32,000 nt of DNA from Wolbachia endosymbiont of Dirofilaria (Dirofilaria) immitis (GTDB lineage Bacteria > Pseudomonadota > Alphaproteobacteria > Rickettsiales > Anaplasmataceae): NCBI RefSeq assembly GCF_013365455.1, contig NZ_CP046578.1, forward strand, positions 30,001-62,000, written 5' to 3'. Below the pieces are notes generated by a model. It searched no databases. It was not told the origin of the DNA and saw only the letters and a program-made list of their open reading frames with translations. Of the stretch, positions 19,887-28,633 are shown in pieces. The position numbers and the translations under genes were made by a program. Positions within the stretch are counted from its first letter, which is position 1; each line of letters begins with the position of its first letter.

Positions 19887-21148
19887 ACAGAAGAGTAATA
19901 GTTACTGGTATTGGCTTAATTACTCCATTGGCAACAGATGTTGAAAGTACTTGGCTTAAGTTGATAGATAGTAAGTCTGGTGTAAAGGGGATTAGCAGGT
20001 TTGATACTTCTGATCTTGCTTGCAAGGTTGCAGGACAAGTTCCTCTACAACATGATAACATTGAACACTGCTTTAACTTACTAGATTATATTTCTGAAAA
20101 AGACCTAAAGAGGACAGATCGCTTTATTCACTACGGTATTGCCGCTGCCATTCAGGCGGTGAACGATTCGCTAATTTTGGAAAGCCAGAATATTAATCGA
20201 GAACGTGTTGGTGTTACTGTTGGCTCTGGTATAGGTGGCCTTCCATCAATTCAAGAAAATGTAATTACTATGCAGGAAAAGGGTCCTAGGCGTGTTAGTC
20301 CATTTTTTGTTCCTGCAAGTTTAATAAATCTAATATCTGGTCATATCTCTATTAAATACAAATTCATGGGCCCAAACGATTCAGCAGTAACTGCATGTGC
20401 AACAGGTGCACATGCGATAATAAATTCAGCAAGAACTATAAAGCTTGGTGAAGCAGATGTGATGATTGCAGGTGGATCAGAAAGTGCACTGTGTAGAGTT
20501 GGAATTGCAGGTTTTACATCTATGAAGGCGCTGTCGACTAAATTTAATGATAAACCTGAAGAAGCTTCAAGACCATGGGATAAAGAACGTGATGGATTTG
20601 TTATGGGCGAAGGAGCAGGTATATTAGTTTTAGAAGAGTATGAACATGCAAGAAAGAGAGAGGCAAAGGTATATGCTGAACTGGTTGGATATGGACTAAC
20701 AGGGGATGCACATCACATTACATCACCACATTCAGAAGGGAGAGGTGCATTTAAAGCAATGCAAATTGCCTTGAAGAGTGCGCGAATTAATCCAAGTCAA
20801 ATTGGATATATCAATGCACATGGCACTTCAACACTGCTTGGAGATAAAATTGAGGTGATAGCAATAAAACAGTTGTTTGGTGAACATGCTTATAAAGTGC
20901 CAGTTTCTTCTACTAAGTCTTCTATAGGGCACTTGCTTGGTGCTGCAGGGAGTGTTGAAGCAATATTCAGTATCCTTGCATTAAATAACGGAATTGCTCC
21001 ACCAACTTTAAATTTACACAAGCCTTCAGAAGGATGTGATTTGAATTTTGTACCGTTTAAAGCTCAAGAACACAAAATCCAATATGTACTTTCTAATTCA
21101 TTTGGCTTTGGTGGCACTAATGCATCACTCATCTTTGGACAAGTATGA
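19883..21148 (+). CDS. fabF: 3-oxoacyl-ACP synthase II
   Basis: 421-aa ORF with the KAS II active-site Cys (AVTACATGAHAI), the catalytic His regions (HITSPH, NAHGTST) and GHLLGAAG. Confidence 0.93.
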   Translation: MNRRVIVTGIGLITPLATDVESTWLKLIDSKSGVKGISRFDTSDLACKVAGQVPLQHDNIEHCFNLLDYISEKDLKRTDRFIHYGIAAAIQAVNDSLILESQNINRERVGVTVGSGIGGLPSIQENVITMQEKGPRRVSPFFVPASLINLISGHISIKYKFMGPNDSAVTACATGAHAIINSARTIKLGEADVMIAGGSESALCRVGIAGFTSMKALSTKFNDKPEEASRPWDKERDGFVMGEGAGILVLEEYEHARKREAKVYAELVGYGLTGDAHHITSPHSEGRGAFKAMQIALKSARINPSQIGYINAHGTSTLLGDKIEVIAIKQLFGEHAYKVPVSSTKSSIGHLLGAAGSVEAIFSILALNNGIAPPTLNLHKPSEGCDLNFVPFKAQEHKIQYVLSNSFGFGGTNASLIFGQV

Positions 21149-21454
21149 TTTGTTTTTTTACTGAGATTGTTTATAACTAAAATGTATAAACGTAAAACAC
21201 TCTTATTTTACAGAGTAGTTACTTTCTATGAGTTTTCTGTCTTGTACCCTAAAAATGCATAATGAAGTTCAGTGAAACTAAACTTTGCTTTTCGGCAAGC
21301 TTACTGCATATTAAAAGGTATGTGAAAAGCTTTTTTTAATTAACTACAAACTAGGTAAACTGGAGAATAAATTTTGTTTACTTTTATAATATCTTAAGAT
21401 CTAATGTCACTTTATCAGTCAAAAATATCAAGAAGGATTGTAATTTAGGCTAAT

Positions 21455-22384
21455 ATGTTTTTTACCCTTTTTCTTAAAATATTGCCTATTTATATTACAA
21501 TACTTATTGGTTATTTAGCAGGAAAGTACCTTAAGATTGATAAAAATACTATATCTCAAATACTTTTTTATATAGCTAATCCAATAGTGATTCTATATGG
21601 AGTGTCTCATGCAGAGGTTAATTTAAAGGTAATTTCTTTACCGGTTTTAATATGGTTTATAGGAAGTACTATGTCCTTATCAGTTTATTATCTTTCTTCT
21701 TTTCTATTTAAAGATAATACGAAAAATATATTGGCATTTAGCTCAGGTAGTACAAGCATGGGTTATTTTGGCTTGCCGATTGCTATGACTTTGTTTGATG
21801 AAGATTCAGTGTCTGTATATGTTGTCTGTTATATAGGAATGGCGCTGTTTGAAAATAGTTTAGGGTTTTATATAGCTGCAAATGGTATATACACTGCAAA
21901 AGAATGCATGTTAAGATTGTTCAGGCTTCCTTCATCCTATGCGATGATTCTAGGCTTTTTTTTAAGTATATATAATGTACAAATACCAACTTTTTTGACA
22001 GATGTTATGATGAATATTAGAAGTACATTTATTACATTAGGAATGGTGCTGCTTGGAGTGAGTATTGTACAAATAACAAATTTTAAAATAGATTGGAAGC
22101 TCGCTTTAACTACTATTACAGCAAAGTATGTGTTCTGGCCATTGTTTGTTTTAGGGATTGTTCTGATAGACAAACATATTATAGGCATATATGATGAGAG
22201 TATATATAAGGCACTGATGTTGTTAGCTATTATTCCAGTCTCCGGATCTAGTGTAATACTCGCTAATATTTTAAATTATCAACCAGATAGAGCTACTTTG
22301 TTACTTCTTATAAGTACTGCAGTAGGACTATTTTATGTTCCAATAATGATATCATTATTTTTTGCTAAACTTATTCCTTTTTGA
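21455..22384 (+). CDS. AEC (auxin efflux carrier / malate permease-like) family transporter
   Basis: 309-aa ORF with about 10 TM segments. The N-terminus (LKILPIYITILIGYLAGKYL) and the two-lobed hydrophobic layout are typical of AEC family permeases. Confidence 0.72.
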   Translation: MFFTLFLKILPIYITILIGYLAGKYLKIDKNTISQILFYIANPIVILYGVSHAEVNLKVISLPVLIWFIGSTMSLSVYYLSSFLFKDNTKNILAFSSGSTSMGYFGLPIAMTLFDEDSVSVYVVCYIGMALFENSLGFYIAANGIYTAKECMLRLFRLPSSYAMILGFFLSIYNVQIPTFLTDVMMNIRSTFITLGMVLLGVSIVQITNFKIDWKLALTTITAKYVFWPLFVLGIVLIDKHIIGIYDESIYKALMLLAIIPVSGSSVILANILNYQPDRATLLLLISTAVGLFYVPIMISLFFAKLIPF

Positions 22385-22442
22385 TCAGAGATTTGAGCAA
22401 TTATAGTGTTATGTAACTGGCTACTTACTGAATGATCTTATG

Positions 22443-23924
22443 TTAAACTAAGCTACGTAGCTCAATTATTCTACCACAATTTTGTTCGATTACATTTGCT
22501 ATGTTCAATATTCCAGCTTCATCGTAATAATTTCCAATTACTTGTAAAGCAAGTGGCAATCCTTCATTGGAAAGTCCAACAGGAATAGAAATAGCAGGTA
22601 GGCCAGCTAAACTTGCTGGTACAGTAAAAACGTCATTGATGCACATAATTAGTGGATCTGGCTCTTCATTCAAGCCAAAAGCTTCTGTTGGAGCGGATGG
22701 AACAAGTATGTAATCTACTTTCTCGAATGCTTTTATGAAGTCATTTCTGATTAATGCTCTGATACATTGCGCTTTTTCGTAATATTCATTGTAGTGACCT
22801 GAGGAAAGTGCATAAGCCCCGATTAAGACTCTTCTTTTTACTTCTTTCCCAAAACCTTTTGCCCTTGTTAGTGAGTACATTTCTTCAAGGGTATCAGCAT
22901 CATTCCTGAATCCATAACGCACGCCGTCATAACGAGCGAGATTAGATGAAGCTTCAGCAGAGCAAATTAAATAATAGACTGGTATTGCATATTTAGTATG
23001 TGGCAAGGCAATATCAATGACTTCAGCACCGCTTTCTTTTAAGTTAGAAGAAACTTTTTCCCAATAATGGACAATTTCTTCTGAGATACCGTCCATCTTG
23101 TACTCTTTTGGTATGCCGATACGCTTACCCTTTATATTATAACTTATAAGGCTAGAAAACTTGGGTACTAGCCTTTTGCTTGATGTTGAATCTTTGTTAT
23201 CATAGCCACAAATTGTTTCCAGCATTAATGCTGAATCAGATACAGAACGGGTAATGACTCCTGCTTGATCTAAAGAGCTTGCAAATGCGATCATGCCAAA
23301 ACGTGAACACCTTCCATAGGTTGGCTTTATTCCAACTACTCCACAGTAGGCTGCTGGTTGGCGTACAGATCCACCTGTGTCGCTTCCAAGCGCTCCAGCA
23401 CATAAGAATCCGGCAACTGCTGACGCAGATCCACCAGATGATCCACCAGGTACAACCTTTTCTCCATCACTTTTTCTAGTCCAAACATTTTCAACTGGAC
23501 CAAACCAGCTATTTGTATTTGCGGAGCCCATGGCAAATTCATCCATATTAAGCTTGCCGAGTATAGCTGCTCCGCTTTTTAAAAGTAATTCAGATACTGT
23601 GGATTCGTAGGTAGGAATAAAATTTTCTAGCATTTTTGAACATGCTGTTGTTTTTATTCCTTTCGTACAGAATAAATCTTTAATACCAACTGGTATGCCC
23701 ATGAGTGGTGGGGCTGTATTATCTTTCTGTTTTGAAAGATGTTCATCTGCTGCTTTGGCGGCTCTTATTGCTATTTCTGGAGTTTTTGTTACAAATGCAT
23801 TTAGTTTCTCATCTTCAACTGCGTTGATATGCACCTCTGCAAGTTCGATAGCGGAAAAATCTTTTCGATTAAGTCCATCACGCATCTCTGTAATGCTTAG
23901 CTTCCTTAATTCATCCATTAACAT
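22443..23924 (-). CDS. gatA: Glutamyl-tRNA(Gln)/aspartyl-tRNA(Asn) amidotransferase subunit A
   Basis: 493-aa ORF with the amidase signature GGSSGGSASAVA ... GSDTGGSVRQPAAYCGVVG. An alternative ATG lies two codons in, at 23918. Confidence 0.94.
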   Translation of the reverse strand: MLMDELRKLSITEMRDGLNRKDFSAIELAEVHINAVEDEKLNAFVTKTPEIAIRAAKAADEHLSKQKDNTAPPLMGIPVGIKDLFCTKGIKTTACSKMLENFIPTYESTVSELLLKSGAAILGKLNMDEFAMGSANTNSWFGPVENVWTRKSDGEKVVPGGSSGGSASAVAGFLCAGALGSDTGGSVRQPAAYCGVVGIKPTYGRCSRFGMIAFASSLDQAGVITRSVSDSALMLETICGYDNKDSTSSKRLVPKFSSLISYNIKGKRIGIPKEYKMDGISEEIVHYWEKVSSNLKESGAEVIDIALPHTKYAIPVYYLICSAEASSNLARYDGVRYGFRNDADTLEEMYSLTRAKGFGKEVKRRVLIGAYALSSGHYNEYYEKAQCIRALIRNDFIKAFEKVDYILVPSAPTEAFGLNEEPDPLIMCINDVFTVPASLAGLPAISIPVGLSNEGLPLALQVIGNYYDEAGILNIANVIEQNCGRIIELRSLV

Positions 23925-24383
23925 TTAATTTTGAGCAAGACATTAATTATAACAACAATAGGGTGAATGGTCTATATACTTGTAGTTATAGTTGGGAAAT
24001 GTAACTAAGGTAACTTAAATTGCTGAAAAGGGTTTGTAATTAAGTTGGCAGCATGCTTTTAAAGTATCATCTCAATGCATGTCGTATGAATATTATGATT
24101 TGATAGTTTCACATTAGAACATAGGTTCCAAGCATCTTAGAATTGGAGGTATAGTGCTTATCATTTAAATTTAGGTGGTCATTAGCCATTCTTATTTTAA
24201 TAGAACTAAACCTGCTGGTATGAATAATAAATTACTGTTCTTAAATTTGATTAAGTTAATTATGAAAGAACAGAATTCAATAGGTGTTTATAAACTTTAG
24301 CTATGCATAGCCTTTAACTCTATGACAGATCCAATTTAGTTTATGAAACAATCTACTCTCTGTTTTGCTATAGAATAATTGAA

Positions 24384-24411
24384 TTGACTTTATATAAGTA
24401 ATTAATATAAC
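24384..24411 (+). promoter_or_regulatory. Candidate sigma70-type promoter for tRNA-Glu
   Basis: TTGACT (24384-24389), a 16-bp spacer, then TATAAC (24406-24411), 24 nt upstream of the mature tRNA 5' end. Confidence 0.4.
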
Positions 24412-24435
24412 TTAGTAGATTCGTATATTCGTATT

Positions 24436-24507
24436 GACTCTTTCGTCTAGTGGTTAGGACATCACCCTTTCACGGTGGTAACACGGGTTCGAATCCCGTA
24501 AGAGTCA
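24436..24507 (+). tRNA. tRNA-Glu (anticodon UUC)
   Basis: A 72-nt cloverleaf folded by hand. Acceptor stem GACTCTT/AAGAGTC, D stem GTCT/GGAC, anticodon stem TCACC/GGTGG with loop CTTTCAC, and T arm ACGGG-TTCGAAT-CCCGT. No CCA is encoded. Confidence 0.92.
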
Positions 24508-24585
24508 CACTGAACTGCCTGGTATAGTTATCTAGAATCAATAAAGTATCTTATTTTTAGCTTTTTTAGTATTTAGATTGATTGC

Positions 24586-25293
24586 TTAAGTTGAATTAGT
24601 TTTCTTACTATTATTGACTTTTTCTAGCATTAACTCAGCAGCCTTTTGTTCAGCAACCTTTTTGCTAGAAGCGCATGCAGAAACTCTGCCATAATTTTTT
24701 ATATAAACTGATATAGTAAATTCTGGGTTATGTGCTGGTCCAGCCTGTTTTATAAGCTCATACTCTGGTAAGGGTAGTTTATTTTTCTGTGTCCACTCTT
24801 GCAATGAGGTTTTGGGATCTTGAGGAGGGTTGAGCATATATTTAGCTAGCTTCTTCCAGTATTGGGTAACAAATCTTTCGACGTTTCTAAATCCGCCATC
24901 AATGTAAATTGCACCTATTAATGCTTCAAGTGCGTTTTCTAAGTTTTTTAGGTTGCATTTTCCTCCATTGCAGCGCTCACTATTATTCATGATAATAAAA
25001 TCACCTAGTTTTATCACTTTGGCAACATTAGCAATAGTATTGCCACAAACTAAATCAGTTTTTCGTTTCGCTAACTCTCCTTCTTTTTCTTTAGGAAAGA
25101 GTTTAAACAGTATAGTAGATACAACCATGTTTAAAATACTATCACCTAAAAACTCTAATCTTTCATAATTTTCAATTTGATTTTTACTGTTCCGTTTATT
25201 TAAACTTGGATGAGTTAATGCTTCTTCTAGAATAGAGTAATTTTTGAACCTATAATTAATAATCTGGGATATAGTGTCGTTTAAGTTTTGCAT
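24586..25293 (-). CDS. rnc: Ribonuclease III
   Basis: 235-aa ORF with the RNase III signature ERLEFLGDSIL and a C-terminal dsRNA-binding domain (AGPAHNPEFTISV...AEQKAAELML). Confidence 0.93.
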   Translation of the reverse strand: MQNLNDTISQIINYRFKNYSILEEALTHPSLNKRNSKNQIENYERLEFLGDSILNMVVSTILFKLFPKEKEGELAKRKTDLVCGNTIANVAKVIKLGDFIIMNNSERCNGGKCNLKNLENALEALIGAIYIDGGFRNVERFVTQYWKKLAKYMLNPPQDPKTSLQEWTQKNKLPLPEYELIKQAGPAHNPEFTISVYIKNYGRVSACASSKKVAEQKAAELMLEKVNNSKKTNST

Positions 25294-25373
25294 GTTTATT
25301 GCTTTAAAAGGAAGTGCCTCCTACTGTATCTTTTATATCAGAAAATTAGTTTTATTCTATTAAAATAAAGTTG

Positions 25374-26420
25374 CTAAAGTTTGCAATCACAACCAACTGC
25401 CTCACTGATGTTACTCAGCCCATCTCTTTTTATTAGCTCTGCAAGCTCTAGATTGATTTTATTCACAATTTGAGGTCCGTGGTATATGAGAGCAGTGTAT
25501 AATTGTACTAGAGATGCTCCTGCCTTTATTTTTTTGTATGCGTCAATACCACTTGAGATTCCTCCGCATCCTATCAACAACATTTTACCTTTAGTAAGTT
25601 TATACATATCACTTAATAACTCAGTTGAAAGCTTGAACAATGGCTTACCGCTCAGTCCACCATTTTTATTGCAATGAGAGTGTAAATTGATTCGACTAGT
25701 TGTAGTGTTACTTACTACCAAGCCATCAATTTTGTATTCTAATGCAAGCTCAGCAATGTTTTCTTTCGTTTGTTGATCTATATCTGGTGAGATTTTTAGC
25801 ATTATGGGGGTAAGTTTAGAACTGCCAATTGATTTTCTGGTTAGAGTTATGGATTTTAGCAGTTCTGATAATTCTTGTTTGTTATGTAAGCTACGTAAAT
25901 TGGGTGTATTTGGGGATGAAATGTTCAGCACTATATAATTGCTTTTTCCATATATTATTCTTATTAAGTCAATATAATCACTGATTTGATTCTGCGATAT
26001 ACTATTTTTTCCTATATTAATACCGAAAATGCAATTATCAGATCTGATTTTATTTATTTGTTTAAGAAAGTAATCTATTCCTTTATTGTTGAATCCTAAT
26101 CTATTGATTATTCCTTCATCTTTGATTAATCGGAAGATTCTTGGTTTTTTGTTTCCAAATTGTGGGTGTCTAGTTACAGTGCCAGCTTCAATAAATCCAA
26201 AACCGAATGAAAGCATGGACCTTATAACTTCCGCATTTTTATCAAAGCCTGCAGCAAGACCTATAGGGCTCCTGAGTTTGTTGTCAAAGAAGTTAACGTT
26301 TAAAGACTTAGGTAGTTGTTCTACAGATTTTCTGCTAGGCATCTTTTTTAAAATTGTAATTGCTAAGGAGTGGGCGATTTCAGGTGGCAGCAATAAAAAC
26401 AATAAGTTACGTAGTATCAT
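25374..26420 (-). CDS. pyrD: Dihydroorotate dehydrogenase (quinone), class 2
   Basis: 348-aa ORF with motifs GFNNKG, NISSPNTPNLR, GGLSGKPL and IGCGGISSG, plus the N-terminal extension typical of membrane-associated class 2 enzymes. Confidence 0.9.
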   Translation of the reverse strand: MILRNLLFLLLPPEIAHSLAITILKKMPSRKSVEQLPKSLNVNFFDNKLRSPIGLAAGFDKNAEVIRSMLSFGFGFIEAGTVTRHPQFGNKKPRIFRLIKDEGIINRLGFNNKGIDYFLKQINKIRSDNCIFGINIGKNSISQNQISDYIDLIRIIYGKSNYIVLNISSPNTPNLRSLHNKQELSELLKSITLTRKSIGSSKLTPIMLKISPDIDQQTKENIAELALEYKIDGLVVSNTTTSRINLHSHCNKNGGLSGKPLFKLSTELLSDMYKLTKGKMLLIGCGGISSGIDAYKKIKAGASLVQLYTALIYHGPQIVNKINLELAELIKRDGLSNISEAVGCDCKL

Positions 26421-27093
26421 TCTGTAAAATGCTCTTAGCTTATTTTTCTACCATAAAATGCTATGGGAGTATAGCAATAACTTTTAAAGAAGATGTTCTT
26501 ATTGATTTTACTTGTAGATAGAAATAATGAGAAGTTTTTTTATGAAGTTTGTTGTCGCTATTATTTTATTCTTGCTTATGTTAGAACTTCTAAATTTAAC
26601 AGAAGCACTGATTGCCCTTTTGGAAGATAGTAGCTTAATATTAAAGAGATTAATGATATTATATTTAAGAGGTGGTCATGGAGGGTTATTTCCTTCAAGC
26701 AGGGGAAATATGTTTTTGGATTGCCAATAGTGTTAATTAGTAAAAGGTCTACATCTAAAGTAGTTTGTTACCGCTTTGCAAAATAGTAAGTGTGCTAAAG
26801 TTATTGGAGTGGAATTATATAAGCTTCTAGACAAACAATTTCTCTGTTAGAATATACTATAATTAATAATAAATAGTTATGTTATCTTTCATTTTGGTAA
26901 GCTTATAGTGGGTATAGTACAAAAATATGGTAGTTACAAACCAAAGAAACTGTGGGCAAGATTTTAAATTTGCTAAAGAAATTGAGGTTTAAAGCTTATA
27001 TATTACCAAGTGCGCTTTTATGCTAAAGTAAGTTACTTGCTAAAAACTGCTGTTAAGATTAAATAATTTTTGTAAGGATATAGAAAATAAGAA

Positions 27094-27165
27094 AGGCCGG
27101 GACCGGAATTGAACCGGTATAAAAGGATTTGCAATCCTCCGCATAAGCCATTCTGCCACCCAGCC
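27094..27165 (-). tRNA. tRNA-Cys (anticodon GCA)
   Basis: The reverse complement folds into a 72-nt cloverleaf. Acceptor stem GGCTGGG/CCCGGCC, anticodon stem GAGGA/TCCTT with loop TTGCAAA, T arm ACCGG-TTCAATT-CCGGT, and discriminator U73 as expected for tRNA-Cys. No CCA is encoded. Confidence 0.92.
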
Positions 27166-27170
27166 AGTTT

Positions 27171-28067
27171 TTATGCGTAGATATCCATTATATCTTTTAG
27201 CATAGATAAAGCCTCTTCTCTTTTCCTTTGAAAAGAGTTACGACCGATGATTGAACCATTACCGCCACCTTGCTTAATTTCTTTTGCTTCACTACATATA
27301 TCATTTACTGACTTTGTTTCACCACCAGAAAAAACTAATATTCTTTTTCCTGCAAAGCAAGATTTTCTGACGTATTCAATCCTTTTAGATAAGGATTGAA
27401 TATTTTCAGCTTTTATTTTCTCTTTTTCTAAGTGAGTAGTTGGGAGTTTTACTTTTATTATGTTAGCACCGAGCAAAGCTGCTACATGTGCAGCGTAAGA
27501 AATAACATCAACTGCTGTTTCACCTACTTTAGAAATCCCTTCACCGCGTGGATAGGACCATAGTACTACTGCGAGCCCACAAGACTTGGCTTCAGCTATG
27601 ATTTCACAGGCTTCTTCTATCATGTCAAAGCACTTAGCAGAACCAGGATATATAGTGAACCCAACGGCTGTGCAGCCTAAACGTAGCGCATCTTTTACAG
27701 AAGCAGTGATTGCCTGGTCAGAAGATAGGCTTCTAGAATGTAAAGAGTTGGAGCTGTTAAGTTTCAAGATAAGTGGCAGCATTCCAGCATAAGTTGAAAC
27801 ACCAGCCTCGATCATACCAAGTGGAGCAGCGTATGCACTAACTCCTGAATCAACTGCAAGTTGAAAATGATAATGTGGATCATAAGCATCAGGGTTAACT
27901 TCAAAACTTTTTATTGGTCCGTGCTCAAATCCCTGGTCTACAGGGAGAATTACCAATTTGCCAGTTCCACCAAGTTTTCCATGCATGAGAATACGAGCGA
28001 GGTTTGCTTTTACTCCAGGGTTTTCACTTTCGTAGTAACTTAGAATTTGTCTTACTTTATCACTCAT
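27171..28067 (-). CDS. fbaB: Fructose-bisphosphate aldolase, class I (DhnA/FbaB type)
   Basis: 298-aa ORF with DhnA-type aldolase blocks VILPVDQGFEHGP, IIKVKLP (Schiff-base Lys region) and GGGNGSIIGRNSFQR. Confidence 0.88.
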   Translation of the reverse strand: MSDKVRQILSYYESENPGVKANLARILMHGKLGGTGKLVILPVDQGFEHGPIKSFEVNPDAYDPHYHFQLAVDSGVSAYAAPLGMIEAGVSTYAGMLPLILKLNSSNSLHSRSLSSDQAITASVKDALRLGCTAVGFTIYPGSAKCFDMIEEACEIIAEAKSCGLAVVLWSYPRGEGISKVGETAVDVISYAAHVAALLGANIIKVKLPTTHLEKEKIKAENIQSLSKRIEYVRKSCFAGKRILVFSGGETKSVNDICSEAKEIKQGGGNGSIIGRNSFQRKREEALSMLKDIMDIYA

Positions 28068-28262
28068 TGTTACTATAACTTAAGTTAAATTTAAATTATA
28101 ACAAAGGTGAAGCTTAGTACAAGAGCTTAAAACGATATCAAAAGCAATCTTATTCTTTTATTTGCTTATGTAAATTCTTTGAATCCTTAATTTTCTCCTT
28201 TAGTTAATTGATATTGAGTATTTCTTCAGCTAAATAGCTTTTTATTTCTTTTTTACAGCTTT

Positions 28263-28478
28263 TTATTGATAGTGCTCACATTTCCTTGTGTGTAACCAGT
28301 TGTGAAGCAAATGATGAGAAAAAGCGTCTAGTAAGCATTTGTACTTCCTGTAACGAAGGGCTTTCTTATTAACTACATTACTATATACATTCGATCTGAT
28401 TTTATGGTGTTCTTCTTTGAATTCTTCATTCATTTTAAATAGCTGTTTTTCTGTTTTACTTGGTTTTCTGAACTTCAT
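28263..28478 (-). pseudogene. Possible relic of an IS5-family transposase C-terminus
   Basis: The 71-aa ORF segment KIRSNVYSNVVNKKALRYRKYKCLLDAFSHHLLHNWL matches the spacing of the IS5-family C-terminal consensus (R-x2-V/I-E-x2-F-x2-L-K-x-F-R ... R-Y-D-K ... F-L ... W-L), with several substitutions and a short deletion. No upstream DDE region remains. This is motif-level recall only. Confidence 0.3.
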
Positions 28479-28501
28479 CGGATTTTATGAAGTTCAGAAA
28501 A
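28464..28501. repeat. Perfect 15-bp inverted repeat with an 8-nt spacer
   Basis: TTTTCTGAACTTCAT (28464-28478), spacer cggatttt, then ATGAAGTTCAGAAAA (28487-28501). Each arm reads ATGAAGTTCAGAAAA (MKFRK) outward on its own strand. Confidence 0.95.
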
Positions 28502-28633
28502 TTCTGTTAATTTCTATATATGAGTTTTTTATGTTTATGCCTTAGCTAAACAAATTTACATAAATTATGTTAAGTCAATTTGCTTGTAAAAATCAAGCGA
28601 AAGTTCTTAAAATGGTGCTAAACTTACGCTGCT

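Noticed and set aside
23279-23928. Cluster of overlapping ORFs on both strands inside gatA (23279-23479 +, 23336-23542 -, 23377-23610 +, 23695-23928 +)
   Set aside because: These are shadow frames of the locally GC-richer, highly conserved amidase-signature region of gatA. The gatA frame explains the sequence completely.
26527-26730. 67-aa ORF (MRSFFMKFVVAIILFLLMLELLNLTEALIALLED...), vaguely like the N-terminus of a YjgP/YjgQ (LptF/G)-type permease
   Set aside because: It has only one hydrophobic segment and the downstream sequence is broken in all frames. The similarity is impressionistic. At best it is a gene remnant, which I cannot support.
306-28043. Other antisense or out-of-frame ORFs nested in annotated genes: 306-518, 1107-1325, 1575-1802, 4193-4552, 4788-5009, 7384-7572, 8391-8648, 11177-11548, 13263-13506, 16927-17154, 17774-18136, 19873-20061, 21937-22188, 24953-25168, 25486-25677, 26086-26427, 27586-27792 and 27861-28043
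   Set aside because: Each is fully contained in, or heavily overlaps, a CDS with strong family motifs. The translations are low-complexity and carry no recognisable domains.
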